Shown: positions 13,901 through 28,607 of the stretch, piece after piece | Numbering within the stretch: the first letter of the stretch is position 1 | How the letters are laid out: each line of letters begins with the position of its first letter | Assembly: GCA_009914755.4 (NCBI GenBank) | Contig: CP086569.2 | Span: forward strand, 12,608,001 to 12,672,000 | Direction: 5' to 3' | DNA: 64,000 bases | Source: the human T2T-CHM13v2.0 reference genome, Homo sapiens | Notes under the pieces: generated by a model | Database searches by the model: none | The model's input: the letters and a program-made list of their open reading frames with translations, nothing else | What the model was told of the DNA's origin: nothing | Translations under genes and position numbers: made by a program

Positions 13901-16900
13901 TGCACCGGAATGGAATGGAGTGGAATAGAACGGACTCGAATGTAGTGAATTACAAAGTAGTTGACTCCAATGGAATGGAATAGAATAGAATGTAATCGAA
14001 TGGACTGGAGGGGATGGAATGGACTTAAATAGAACGGAATCAAAGGTAATGTATGGCAGTGTAATTGATTTGAATTGAGTTGATTCAAATGGAACTTAAT
14101 CAAGTAGAATGGAATGGGATGCAATGGACTGGAATAGAATGGAATGCAAAGGAATTAAACGGAGTGGATTCAAGTGGAATGGAATCGAATGAAATGGAAG
14201 CGATTGGAAGGGATTCGAATGGAATGGGCTGGAATGGAATGTACTGGAAAGGAATGGACTAGAACAAAATGGAATCGAATGGATTGGAAACGAACTGAAC
14301 GAAATGGAATGGAATCGAACGGAATTGAATGGAATGGAGTCTAATGGAATTGAATAGAATGCAATGGAATCAAATGGAATGGAGTTGAATGGAAACCAAA
14401 GGAATAGTATGGAATGGAGTGTAATGAAAAGATATCATGAGGAATGGAATGTAATGGACTCGTATGGAATTGGCTGGAATGGAACGGTCTCGAATGGAAT
14501 GGACAGGAGTAAAATGGACTCCAATGGAATATAAACGAATGAAATGGAATGGAATAGAAAGGAATGGAAAGGAACGGAATGGAAAGGAATAGAATGGAAT
14601 GGAATCGGACAGAATGTTATGGAATGGAAAGGAGTCAAACGGAATAGAATCGAATGGAATGGCATCAAATGGAATGGAATGGAATGGACTCCAATGGAAT
14701 GGAAACGAATGGAATACAATCGAATGGAATGGCATTGAAAGGAATAGAATGGAAAGGAATGGCATGGACTAAAATGAAATGGACTCAAATGGAATGGACT
14801 CAATAGATAGGACCCGAAAGAAATGGTCTTGAATGGTATTTATTCAAATAGAATTGAATCGAATGTAATGAAATAGTATGGAATGTAATAGAATGTAATG
14901 GAATTGAACGGAAAGAACCGGAATGGAATGGAAAGGAATAGAACTGACTCGAATGTAAGGGATTGCAATGTAATTCATTCGAACGGAATGGAATTGAATG
15001 GAATGTTAACCAATGGAATGGAATGCAATTGAATGGAATGGAATGGAATGTGATGGAATGGAATGGATTGGAATCGAGTGGAATGGAATCGAATGGAACG
15101 GAATCAAATGGAATGGTATCAAACAGAACGGACTGATATTTAATGCACTCGAATGGAATGGACTGGAAAAAAATGGAATCAAACAGTTTGGAATCGAATG
15201 GAAAGGAATGGAATGGAAGGACTCAAATGGAAAGGAGTCGAGTGTAATGGAATCAAATGGAATGGAATCAAATGTAATGGAATTGAAGGGAATCGAAAGG
15301 TATAGAAAGGAATGGAGTGTAATTGAAAGATAACGAATGGAATGCAGTTAAATGGAATGGAGTGGAATGGAATGGAATGGAATGTACTCAAATCGAATGG
15401 ACTGGACTGGAAAGGATTCAAATGGAATGGAAACGAATGTAAAGCAATGAATTGGAATGGAATGGAATGGATGAGAAGGGAAAGGAACCGGTAGGAACGG
15501 AATGTTATTGAATGGAATCAAAAGGAATAAAATCGAATGGAATGGCATCGAATGCAATGCAATGGAGTGGAATGGACTCTAAAGGAATGGACTCGAACGG
15601 AATAGAATAGAATGGAATGGAATTGAATGTAATGTAGTGGAACGGTACGCAATGGAATGGAATGGACCCAAATGTAATGGATTCAAATGAAATGGACCCA
15701 AATAGAATGGACTCGAAAGAAATGGCCTTGAATGGAATCTATTCGAATAGAATGTAATCAAATGGAATGCAATAGTATGGAATGGAAACAAATGGAATGG
15801 AATCAAATGGAATGGACAAGAATGGAAATAATTGGAATAGAACGGACTCGAATGCAGTGGATTGCAATTTAATTGATTCAAATGGAAAGGAATTGAATGG
15901 AATTTAATTAAATGGAATGGAATGGAATGCAATGGAAATGAATAGAATGGAATTCAATGGAATGGAAAGGAGTGGAATGGAATAGAATGGAATGGAATCT
16001 AATGGAATGGACTGGAATGGAATGGACTCAAATGGATTGGACTCGAATGAAATAGAATCGAATGAAATGGAGTCAAGTGGAATTTAATAGAATCGAAACG
16101 AACTGAATAGATTGGAATGCAGAGAAATGAAAAGATATCAAATTTAATGGAAAGGAAGGAACTCGAATGGAATGGACTGGAATGAAGTGAACTCCAACAG
16201 AATGGACTTGAGTGGAATATATTCGAATTGAATGGAAATGAATGGAATGGAATGGAATGGAATGGAATGCAAAGGAATGGAATGGAAAGGAATAGAAGAG
16301 AATGGAATCAGATGGAAGGGAATGGAAGGGAATGGAGTCGAATGGAATAGAACTGAATGGAATGGCATCGAATGGAATGGAATGGAATGGACTCAAATGG
16401 AATGGCATCACATGGAATAGACTGGAGTGAAATGGACACGAATGGCATTGACCAGAGTGTAGTGGACTCGAATTGAATGGAAAAGAATGGAATGGAATGG
16501 AATGGAATGGAATGGAATGGAATGGAATGGAATGGAATGGAGTGGAATGGAATCAGATGGAATGGAGTGGGATGGAATGGAATCGAATGGCATAGAATCA
16601 AATGGAATGGCATCAAATGGAGTGGATTGGAATGGAAAGGACTCGAATGGAATGGAATCAAATGGAATGGCATCAGATGGAATGGACTGGAGTGAAATTG
16701 ACTCGAAGGGAATGGACTGGAGTGTAGTGGATTCTAATTGAATGGAAAAGAATGGAATGGAATGGAATGGAATGGAATGGAATGGAATGGAATGGAATGG
16801 ATTGGAATGGAATGGAAAGGAATGGAATGGAATGGAATGGAATGGAATGGAATGGAATAGAATGAAATGGAATCACATGGAACGGAATGGGATGGAATGG

Positions 16901-19900
16901 AGTTGAGTGGAACAGAAGCGAATGGAATGGCATCAAATGGAATGGATGGGAATGGAATGGATCCGAATGGAGTAGAAAAGAAAGGAATTTCATTGAATGG
17001 AATGGACTGGACAGGAATGGAATGGACTCGTATGGAATGTACTGGATTAGAATGGACTCAAATGAGTGGAAAAGAATGGAATGGAATGGAAAGGAATAGA
17101 ATGGAATGGAATCACATGGAACGGAAATGAATGGAATTGAATGGAGTCAAAAGCAATAGAATCAAATGGAATGGCATCGAATGGAATGGAATGGAATGGA
17201 AACTAATGGAATAGAATCGAAAGGAATGGCATCGAATGGAGTGGAATGGAATGGAATGGACTCGAATGGAATGGAATCTAATGGAATAGAATCGAATGGA
17301 ATGGCAACAAATGGAATGGAATGGAATGGAATGGACTCGAATGGAGTGGAGTCTAATGGAATAGAATCGAATGGAATGGCATCGAATGGAGTGGAATGGA
17401 ATGGAGTGGAAGGGATCCAAATGTTATGGACACGAATGTAAAGGAGTCAAATATAATGGACTTGAAATGAATGGTCTCGAATGGAATTTATTTGAATAGA
17501 ATGGAATCAAATGGAATGCAACAGAATGGAATGGAATCAAATGGAATGGACTGGAATGGAATGGACTGGAAAAGAACGGACTCCAATATAATGGATTGCA
17601 ATGCAATTGATTTCAATCTAATGGAATTGAATGGAATGTAATCAAATGGAATGGAATGGAATGCAATAGAATGTAATAGAATGGGATGCAATGGAATGGA
17701 ACAGAGTGGAATGGAGTGGAATGGAATCAAGAGGAATGGACTGGGATGGAGTGGAGTCCAATGGAATGGACTGCAACAAAATGGAATTGAAAAGTTTTGA
17801 ATCGAACGGAATATAATTGAATGGAATATAATTGAATGGAATGGAATGGAATGGACTCGAATGGAATGGAATCAAATGGAATAGAATTGAAAGAAATCGA
17901 AACGAATAGAATGGAATGGAGTGTAATGGAAAGATATCGAATGGAAAGGAATGGAATGCATTGGAATGGAATGGATTCGACGGGAATGGACTGGAGTGGA
18001 ATGGACTCGAATGGAATGTACTGGAGTGGAAAGAAGTCGAATGGAATGCAGTGGAGTGGAATGGTCTCAAATGAAATGGAAACTAATGGAATGGAATGGA
18101 ATGGAATGGAATGGAATGGAATGGAATGGAATGAAATGGAATGGAATGGAATCGGGTGGAACGTAATGGAATAGAATGGAGCCGAATGGAATAGAATCGA
18201 ATGGAATGGCACCAAACGGAATGGAATAGAATAGAATGCAATGGAATGGACTTGAAAGGAATGGACTCGAATTGAATACAATCAAATGGAATGGCATCGA
18301 ATGGAATGGAATGGAATGAACCCAAATGTAAGGGATTAGAATTGAATGGACTCAAATAGAATGGACTGGGAAGAAATGGTCTTGAATGGAATCTCTTCGA
18401 GTAGAACGGAATCGAATGGAATGCAATAGCATGGAATAGAATCGAATGTGTTGTAATCGATTGGAATGGACCAGATTGGAATGGGCTGGAATAGAACGGA
18501 CTCGAATGTAATGGATTGAAATGCAATTGATTCGAAAGAAATAGAATCAAATGAAATTCAATCGAATGGAATGGACCGAAATGGAATGGACTTAAACAGA
18601 AAGGAGTAGATTGTAATGGATTTCAATATAACTGATTCGAATGGAATGGAAACGAATGGAATGTATTCAAATGGAATGGATTGGAATGCAATGGACTGGA
18701 ATATCAAGTAATGCAATGGAATGCAACTGAGTGGAATCGAATGGATTAGAATCGAATGGAATGGAAGCGAATTGAATGAAATCGAATGGAATAGACTGGA
18801 ATGGAAAAGATTCGAATGGAATGGAATAGAACAAAATGGAATCGATCGGATTGGAATCGAACAGAATGGAATGGAATGGACACGAATGGAATGAAGTTGA
18901 AAGGAATTGAGAAGAATGTAATAGAATCAAATGGAATGGAAATGAATGGAAACCAAAGGAATAGAATGGACTCGAGTGAAATGGAAATATACCAAATGGA
19001 GTGGAATGGAATGCAATGGACTCGAATGGAATAGACTCGAATGTAATGGAGTAGAATGGAACGCAACCGAATGGAAAGGAATGGAATGGAATCAAAAGTA
19101 GTAGAATGGAATGAAGGGAAATGGAAACACATCGAATGGAATGGAATGGAATGGAATGGAATGGAATGGAATGGAATGGAATGGAATGGAATGGACTCGA
19201 ATTTAATGGACACGAATGGAATGGATTTGAAGGGAATGGAACCGAATGTAATGGAATCAAATAGAATGGAATGGAATGGAATCACAAGGATTAGAATGGA
19301 ATAGAGTGTATTGGAAACATATCGAATAGAATGGAATGGAATGGACTCAAATGGACTGGACCGGAATGGTAAGGACTCGAATAGGATGGAAAGTAGTAGA
19401 ATGGACTCGAATGTAATGGAAACGAATGGAATGGAATGGAATGGAAAGGAAGAGAATGGAATGGAATCTGATGGAATGGAATGCAAGGGAATGGAGTCGA
19501 ATGAAATAGAATCGAATGGAATGGCATCAAATGGAATGGAATGCAAGGGAATGGAATGGGATGGACTCGAATGGAATGGACTCGAATGGGATAGAATCGA
19601 ATGGAATGGCAACGAATGGAATGGAATGGATCAAACGTAATGGAGATGAATGGAATGGACTAAAATAGAATAGACTCGAAAGTAATGATCTCGAATGTAA
19701 TTAATTCAAATACAATGGAATCAAATGGAATGCAGTAGTATGGAATGGAATCAAACGGAATGGAATTGAATGGAATGGACCGGAATGGAATGGAATGGAA
19801 TAGAACGGACTCGAATGTAAAGAAATGTAATGTAATTGATTCGAGTGGAATGGAATGGAATGGAATTCAATGGATTGGAATATAACGGAATGCAATGGAA

Positions 19901-20984
19901 TGCAACGCAGTGAAATCGAGTGGAATGGAATCGAATGGATTGGAATCGAATGGAATGCAATCGAATGTAATTAACTGTAATGGAATGGACTCGAATGGAA
20001 TGGAGTGGAGCAAAATTGAATCGTACGGATTGGAATTCAATACAACAGATTGGAACGGAATGGATTGGACTCTTGGAATGGAGTCGAATGGATTGGAATC
20101 CAATGTAATGGAAACCAATGGAATGGAATTGTTTTGAATCAAAATGAATATGATGGAATGGAGGGTAAAGGAATATAGTCGAATGGAATGGAATGGAATG
20201 GAATGGAATGGAATAGAATGGAAGGCAATGGAATGGAAAAGAATAGAATGGAATGGAATCAGAACGAACGGAGTGGAATGGAATGGATTTGATTGGAATA
20301 GAATCGAATGGAATGGCATCAAATTAAATGGAATGGAATGGAATGGAGTGGAATGGACTCCAATGGAATGGAAACGAAAGGAATGGAATGGAAAGGAATA
20401 TAATGGAAAGCAATCGGTTGGAACGGAACAGAATGGAATGGAGTCGAGTGGTATAAAATCTAATGGGATCTCATCGAATGCAATGGAATGGAATGGACTC
20501 GAATGGAATAGAATCGAATGGAATGGCATCGAATGGAAGGGAATGGAATGGAATAGACGAGAATGGAATAGAAACAAACTTCTTGGACTCGAATGGAAAG
20601 GATTCAAATAGAATGGACTCGAAAGGAATGGTCTTGAAAGGCATTTATTTGAATAGAATGGCATCGAATGGAATGCAAGAGTACCGAATGGAATAGAATA
20701 CAATGGAATCGAATGGAAAGGACCAGAATGGAATGGACTGGAATAGAAAAGACTCGAATGTAAAGTATTGCAATGTAATTGACTCAAAAGGAAGGGAATT
20801 GAATAGAATGTAATCAAATGGAATGGAATGGACTGCAGTGGATTGGAATAGAATGGAATTCAATGAAATGGAAGAGAATGGAATGCCATGGAATGCAACA
20901 GAGTGGAATTGAGTGGAATGGAATCGAATGGAATGGACTGGAACAAAATGGAAAGGAATGGACCGGAATGGAAAGGAACGGAAT

Positions 20985-21180
20985 GGAATGGAATGGAATG
21001 GAATGGAATGGAATGGAATGGAATGGAATGGAATGGAATCAACCCGAGTGGAATGGAATGGAGTGGAATGGAATGGAATGGAATGGAATGGAATGGAATG
21101 GAATGGAATGGAATGGAATCAACCTGAGTGGAATGGAATGGAATGCAATGGAATGGAATGGAATGGAATGGGATAAAATG
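20985..21180. repeat. Local 80-bp (16 pentamer) periodicity inside HSat3, marked by the 'ggaatcaacc[c/t]gagtgg' variant
   Basis: 'ggaatcaacccgagtgg' at ~21035 and 'ggaatcaacctgagtgg' at ~21115 are separated by exactly 80 bp of pure GGAAT. ORFs 20888-21127 and 20913-21176 are the corresponding artefacts. Confidence 0.7.
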
Positions 21181-21872
21181 GAACGGAATGCAGTGGACTT
21201 GAATGGAACAGACACGAATGGAATGGACTGGAGAGGATTGGAGACAAATCAAAGGAAAAGAATGCAACGGAATGGTATGTAATAGGAAGGAATGTAATAG
21301 GGTGAATCAAAATGGAACGAAATGGAATGGAATGGAGTCAAATGGAATAGAATCAAATGGAATGGCATCGAATGAGTGGAATGGAATGGAATGGATACAA
21401 ATGTTATGGACTGGAATGGAATGGACTCAAATATAATGGACTCAAAAGGAATGGTCTCGAATGGAATTTATTCGAATTGAATGGAATCGAATGGAATGGA
21501 ATCCAATGGAATGGACTGTAATGGAGTGGTATCGAATGAATGCACTGCAATAAAATGGAATTGAACAGATAGGAATCGAATTGAACGGAATGGAATGGAA
21601 TGGACTCGAACAGAATGGAGTCAAATGAAATGTAATCAAGTGGAATGGAATCAAATGGAATGGAAATGAAAGGAATAGACTGGAATGAAGGGTAATGGAA
21701 AGATATGGAATAGAATGGAATGGAATGGATTGGACTCGAAAGGAATGGACTGGAAAGTAATGGACTCGAATGGAATGGACTGGAGTGGAATTGAATAGAA
21801 TGAAATGGTAAAGAACTGAATGGAATGGAATGGAATGGAATGGAATGGAATGGAATGGAATGGAATGGAATG

Positions 21873-22520
21873 GAATCAGATGTAACGGAATGGAAGGGAA
21901 TGGAGTTGAATGGAATAGAACCAACAGTAATGGCTTCGAATGGAATTGAATGGAATGGAATCGAATGGAATGAAATCTACTGGAATGGCAACTAATGGAA
22001 TGAAAAGGAATGGAATAGAAAGGAATGGAATGGAATGGAAAGGAATGGAATGGAATGGAATGGAATGGAATGGAATGGAATGGAATGGAATGGAATGGAG
22101 TGGAAAGGAATGGAATGGAATGGAATCAGATGTAACGGAATGGAAGGGAATGGAGTTGAATGGAATAGAACCAACAGTAATGACTTCGAATGGAATTGAA
22201 TGGAATGGAATCGAATGGAATGAAATCTACTGGAATGGCAACTAATGGAATGAAAAGGAATGGAATGGAAAGGAATGGAATGGAATGGAATGGAATGGAA
22301 TGGAATGGAATGGAATGGAATGGAATGGAATGGAATGGAATGGAAAGGTATGGAATGGAATAGAAAGGAAAGGAATGGAATGCAATGGAATCAGATGGAA
22401 CTGAATGGAAGGGAAAGGAGTTGAATGGAATAGAATCAACAGTAATGGCTTCGAATGGAATTGAATGGAATGGAATCGAATGGAATGCAATCTACTGGAA
22501 TGGCAACGAATGGAATGGAA
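21873..22520. repeat. Local tandem higher-order repeat: ~250-bp unit x ~2.6 copies. Copies 1 and 2 are near-identical and copy 3 is more diverged.
   Basis: The string 'ggaatcagatgtaacggaatggaagggaatggagttgaatggaatagaaccaacagtaatg[g/a]cttcgaatggaattgaatggaatggaatcgaatggaatgaaatctactggaatggcaactaatggaatgaaaaggaatggaat' starts at 21873 and again at 22123. A diverged third copy starts at 22387 with period ~264. Confidence 0.85.
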
Positions 22521-25500
22521 TGGTCCCAAATATAATTGAGTCGAGTGTAATGGACTTTAATGGAATGGACTCTAATGCAATTATATCGAATGAAATTCAT
22601 TCTAATGGAATGGAATCTAATATAACACAATAGTATTTAATGGAACTGAATGCAACTAAATCGAATGGAATGGACTGGAATGGAATGGACTGGAATGGAA
22701 GGGACTCGAATGCAATGGATTTCAATGTAATTGACTCAAACGGAATGGAATCGGATGAGAGGTAATCAAATGGAATGGAAGGCATTTCAATGGAATGGAA
22801 TAGGTTGGAATGCAATGAAATGGAACAGAGTGGAATCGAGTGGAACGGAATAGAATGGAATGGAATCGAATGGAATGGAATCAAACGGAATGGACAGGAA
22901 TGGAATGGAATCGAAGGGAATGGATTGGAACAAAATTAAATGCAATAGATTGGAATCCGATGGAACGGAATGTAATGGAAGGGAATTTAATGGACTCGAA
23001 AGGAATGTAGGCAAACGGAATGGAATCGAATGGAATGGAATAGAATGGCATGGCATTGAATGGAATCGCAAGGAATAGAATGGAATGGAGTGTAATGGAA
23101 AGATACTGAATGGCATGGAATGGTATGGAAAGTAATGGACTAGAATGGAATGGAATGGAAAGGAATGGAATCGAAAGGAATGGACTAAAATTGAGTGGAA
23201 AGGAACGAAATTGAATGGAAGGAAATGCAAAGGAATAGAAAGGAATGGAAGGGAATGGAGTTGGATAGAACGGAATGGAATGGAATTGAGTCGAGTGGAA
23301 TAGAATCAAATGGAATAGATACGAATGGTATGGCATCGAAAGGAATGGAATGGAATGGCCCCAAATGCAATGGACTCGAATGGCTTGGAGTCAAATAGAA
23401 TGGACTAGAAAGGAATGATCTAGAATGGAATTGACTCGAATAGAATGGAATCGAATGTAATGCAATAGTATGGAATGGAATCAAATGAAATGGAATTGAA
23501 TGGAATGGACTCGAATGTAATGGATTGTAATGTAATTGAGTTGAATGGAATAGAATCGCATGGATTGTAATAAATTGAATGGAATGGAATGGAATGGAAT
23601 GCAATGGAATGGAATAGATTGGAATGCAATAGAACGGAATGGAGTGGAATCGAGTTAAATGGAATCGAATGGAATGGAATCGAATGTAATGAACTGGAAG
23701 GAAATGGACTCGAATGGAATGGACTGGAAAAAAAAATGGAATTGAACGGGTTGGAATGGAATGGAACGGAATGGAATGGAATGCAATGCTCTCGATTGGA
23801 ATGGAGTCAAATGGAATGGAATGGAATGGAATGGAATGGAATGGAATGGAATGGAATGGAATGGAATGGAATGGAATCAAATGGAATAGAATAGAATGGA
23901 GTGTAATGGAAAGATATCGAATGGAATGGAATAGACTCGAATGGAATGAACACAAATGGAATGTACTCAAATGGAATGTACTGGAGTGGAATGGACTCGA
24001 ATGTCATGGAAACAAATGGAGTGCAATGGAAAGAAATGGAATGGAAAGGTATAGAATGGAAGGGAATCAGATGAAATGGAATGGAATGGAATTGATTTTA
24101 ATGGAATAATGTCGAATGGAATGGCATCAAAAGGAAAGGAAAGGAACAAAACGGAATGGACACAAATGTAATGGACTCGAATGGAATGGACTCAAATATA
24201 ATGGATTCATTAAATATGGTCTCGAATGGAATTTATTCGAACAGAATGGAATTGAATGATATGGACTGGAATGGAATGTATTGTAATGGAATGGACAGGA
24301 GAGGAATGGAATAAAATTGAATGGAAAACAATAGAATGGAATGGAATGGAATGGAAATAAATAAAATGGAATGGAATTGGATGGAACGGAATGGAATGGA
24401 ATGGAATAGAATCGAATGGAATGGAATCAAAAGGAATGGAATGCAATGGAATTGGATTGAACAGAATGGTGTGGAAAAGAATCGAATGGAATATATTTGA
24501 ATAAAAGTGAATGGAATGAATGGAATGGAATGGAATGGAATGGAATGGAATGGAATGGAATGGAATGGAATGGACTCGAATGGAATGGATTAAAATGGAA
24601 TAGAACAGAATGGAATGGCATCGAATGGAATGGAATGAAATGGAATGGAATGGAATGGACCCAAAAGTAATGGAATCGAATATAAATGAATCAAATAGAA
24701 TGGACTCGAAAGGAATGTTCTCGAATGGAATTTGTTCGAATAGAATGGAATCGAATGGAATGCAATAGTATGGAATGGAATCGAATGGAATGGAATCGAA
24801 TGGAATGGACCAGAATGGATTCCAATGGAATAGAACGGACTCGAATGTAATGGATTGCAATGCAGTTGATTTGAATGGAATGGAATTGAATGGAATGTAA
24901 TCAAATGGAATGGAACGATATGCAATTGAATGGAATAGAATGGAAGGCAATGGAATGGAACGGAGTGGAATTGAGTGGAATCAAATCGAATGGAATGGAA
25001 TGGAAGGGAATGGACCCAAATGTAATAGACTAGAATGGAATGGAGTCAAATGGAATGGAATCGAAAGGAATGTTCTCGAATGGAATTTGTTCGAACAGAA
25101 TGGAATCGACTGAAATGTAATAGTATGGAATTCAACCGAATGAAATGTAAACGAATGGAATGGACTGGAATAGAACGGACGCCAATGTAATGGATTGCAA
25201 TGTTATTTATTCGAATGGAATGGATTCGAATGTATTATAGTCTAATGGAATGGAATGGAATGCAATGGAATGGAATAGAATGGAATGGACTGGAATAAAA
25301 TGCAATAGAACAGATTGGAATCGAAAAGAACGGGATAGAATGGAATGGAATGAACTCGAATTGAATACAGTCGAATGGAATGGAATTGATTGGAATGGAA
25401 TCATTTGGAAAGGATTTGAATGGAATCAAAAGAATAGAATGGAATGGAGTATAATGGAAAGATATCAAATGGAATGGAATGGAATGGAATGGAATGGACT

Positions 25501-28500
25501 CAAATGGAATGGAATGGAATGGCAAGGACTCGAATGGAATGTACTAGAGAGGAGTGTAATGGAAAAGAATGGCATGGAATGGAATGGAATGGATTAGAAT
25601 GGAATGGAATCGGATGGAACAGAATGGAATGGAATGGATTGGAATGGAATCGAATGAAATGGACTCAAATGGAAGAGAATCAAATGTAATGGCAACCAGT
25701 GGAATGGAATGGAATGGACCCAAATGTAATGGACTCGAATGGAATAGACTCAAATAGCATTGATTCTAAAGGAATGGTCTCCAATGGAATGTATTCGAAT
25801 AGAATGGAATCGAATAGAATGCAATATTATGGAATGGAATCGAATAGAACGGAATCGAATGGAATGGATTGGAATAGATGGACTCGAACGTAATGGATAG
25901 CAATGCTATTGATTTGTAAGGAATGGAATCAAATGGAGTGGTATGCTATTTAATGGAATCGAATGGAATGCAATGGAATGGAATGGAGTGGAATCGAGTT
26001 GAATGGAATCGAATGTAAGGGAATTGAATGGATTGGAATGGAATGGCCTGGAACAAAAGGGAATTGAACGGATTGGAGTCGAACTGAACGTAATGGAATT
26101 TAATGGAGTGGAATGGAATGGACTCGAATGGAATGGAGTCAAAGGGAATGGAACCGAATGGAATCAAATGGAATGTAAACAAATGGAAAGTAATGGAAGG
26201 CAATGGAATGGAATAGAATGGAATGCAATGGAAAGGAACGGAGTGGAATCGAGTGGAATTGAATCGAAAGGAATAGAATTGAATGTAATGGCCAAGAATG
26301 GAATGGACTTGGGACAAAATGGAATTCAACGGATTGGAATCAAACAGAACGGAATGAAATGGAATGGAACGGAAAGGACTCGAATAGAATGGAATCAAAT
26401 GGAAAGCAATTGAATGGTATGGAATCAAATGCAATGGAACTGAGTGGAATAGAATTGAAAGCAATGGAAGGCAATGGAAAGATATCGAATGGAATGTAAT
26501 GGAATGGACTCGAATACAATGGACTGGAATGGAATGGACTCGAATTGAATTGACTGGAGTGGAATGGACTCAAATGGAATGAAATGGACAGGAATATAAT
26601 GGAATGGATCGGATGGAAGGGATTGGAATATAATGGAGTCAAATGGAATAGAATCGAATGGAATGGCATGAAATGGAACGGAACGGAATGGAATGGAATG
26701 GACTTGAAAGGAATGGATTCTCATGGAATACAGTCGAATGGAATGGCATCGAATGGAATGGATTGTAATTTCTTGAAATGGAATGCACCTAAATGTAGTG
26801 GACACAAATGGAATGGACTCAAATAGAATGGATTCGCAAGGAATGGGCTCGAATGGAATTCGTTCGAGTAGAATCAAATCGAAGGCAATGCAATAGTATT
26901 GAATGGAATCGAATGGAATTCAATAGAATGGAATGGACAGGAATGGAATGGATTGGAATAGAGTGGATACGAATGTAATTAATTGCAATATAATAGATTC
27001 GAATGGAATGCAATAGAATGGATTCTAATCAAATAGAATGGAATATAATGCAATGGAATAGAATAGAATTGAATGCAAAGGAATGTAACAGTGCAGAATC
27101 AAGAGGATTGGAATCCTATGGAATAGAATCAATTAGAATGGAATAGAATTGAATGGACTGGAATGGAATGGACTGGAAAAAATGGAATTGAATGGATTGG
27201 AATAGAAAGGAACGGAATGGAATGGAATGGAATGGAATGGAATGGAATGGAATGGACTCGAAGGGAACGGATTGCAATCGAGTGGAATGGAATCCAATGG
27301 AATAGAATCCAATGGAATGGAATCCAATGGAATGGACTGGAATGGCATAGACTCGAATGGAACGGAAAGGAACAAAATGGAATTGAATGGATTGGAATAG
27401 AAAGGAATGGAATGGAATGCAAAGGAATGGAATGGAATGGAGCAGAATGGAATGAAATGGAATGGAATGGAATGGAATGGAATGGAATGGAATGGAATGG
27501 ATCCAAATGTAATGGAGTCGAATGGAATGGACTCAAATAGAATGGACTCAAAAGAATTGGTCTCCAATGCAATTTATTTGAATACAACGGAATCGAATTC
27601 AATGCAATAGTATGGAAAGGAATCAAATGTAATGGAATCAAATGGAATGGATCTGAATGAAATGGACTGGAATCAAACGGTCATGAATGTAATGGATTGC
27701 AAAGTAATTGTTACGAATGGAATGGAACCTTATGTTATGGACTAGAATAGAATAGACTGGAATAGAACGGACTCGAATATAATGGATTGTAATGTAATTG
27801 ATTCAAAAGTAATGTAATAAAATGGAATGAAATGGAAATCAATGGAATGGAAAAGAATGGAATGAAATGGAATGGAATGGATTGGAATTCAGTGGAATGG
27901 AATCGAATGGAATGGAATTGAATGGATTTCACTGGAATGGAATGGACTCGAATAGAATTTACGGGAACAAAAAGGAATCGAACGGATTGGAATCAAATGG
28001 AACGGAATAGAATGGAATGGGATGGAATCTAATGGAATGGAGTCGAATAGAATGGAAAGAAATGGAAGGGAATAAAATGGAATCTAATTGAATGGAATCA
28101 AAAAGAATAGAATGGAATGGAGTGTGAAGGAGAGATATTGAATGGAATGAAACGTAACAAAATGGAATCGAATTGAATGGAATCAAATGGAATGAAGTCG
28201 AATGAAATGGACTGGAAAGGAATGTATTCGAATGGAATGGAATGGAAAAAAATGAAATCGAACGAATTGGTGTCGAACTGAATGGAATGGAAAGGAAAGG
28301 GGTGGAATGGAATGGATTCGCATTGAATGGATTCAAATGGAATGGATTCAAATGGAATGGAATTGAATAGAATTGAATTGAAAGAAATAGAGTGGAATGG
28401 AGTGGAATGGAAAGATATCAAATGGAAATGGATGGAAGAGAATGGACTCAAATGGAATGGATTGGAATGGAATGGACCATAATGTCATGGACTGGAGTGG

Positions 28501-28528
28501 AATGGACTCGAATGGAATGGAAACGAAA

Positions 28529-28607
28529 GGAATGGAATGGAATGGAATGGAATGGAATGGAATGGAATGGAATGGAATGGAATGGAATGGAATGGAATGG
28601 AATGGAA
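28529..28607. repeat. Longest perfect (GGAAT)n run in the window, about 16 copies
   Basis: Perfect ggaat repeats are seen directly. Confidence 0.9.
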
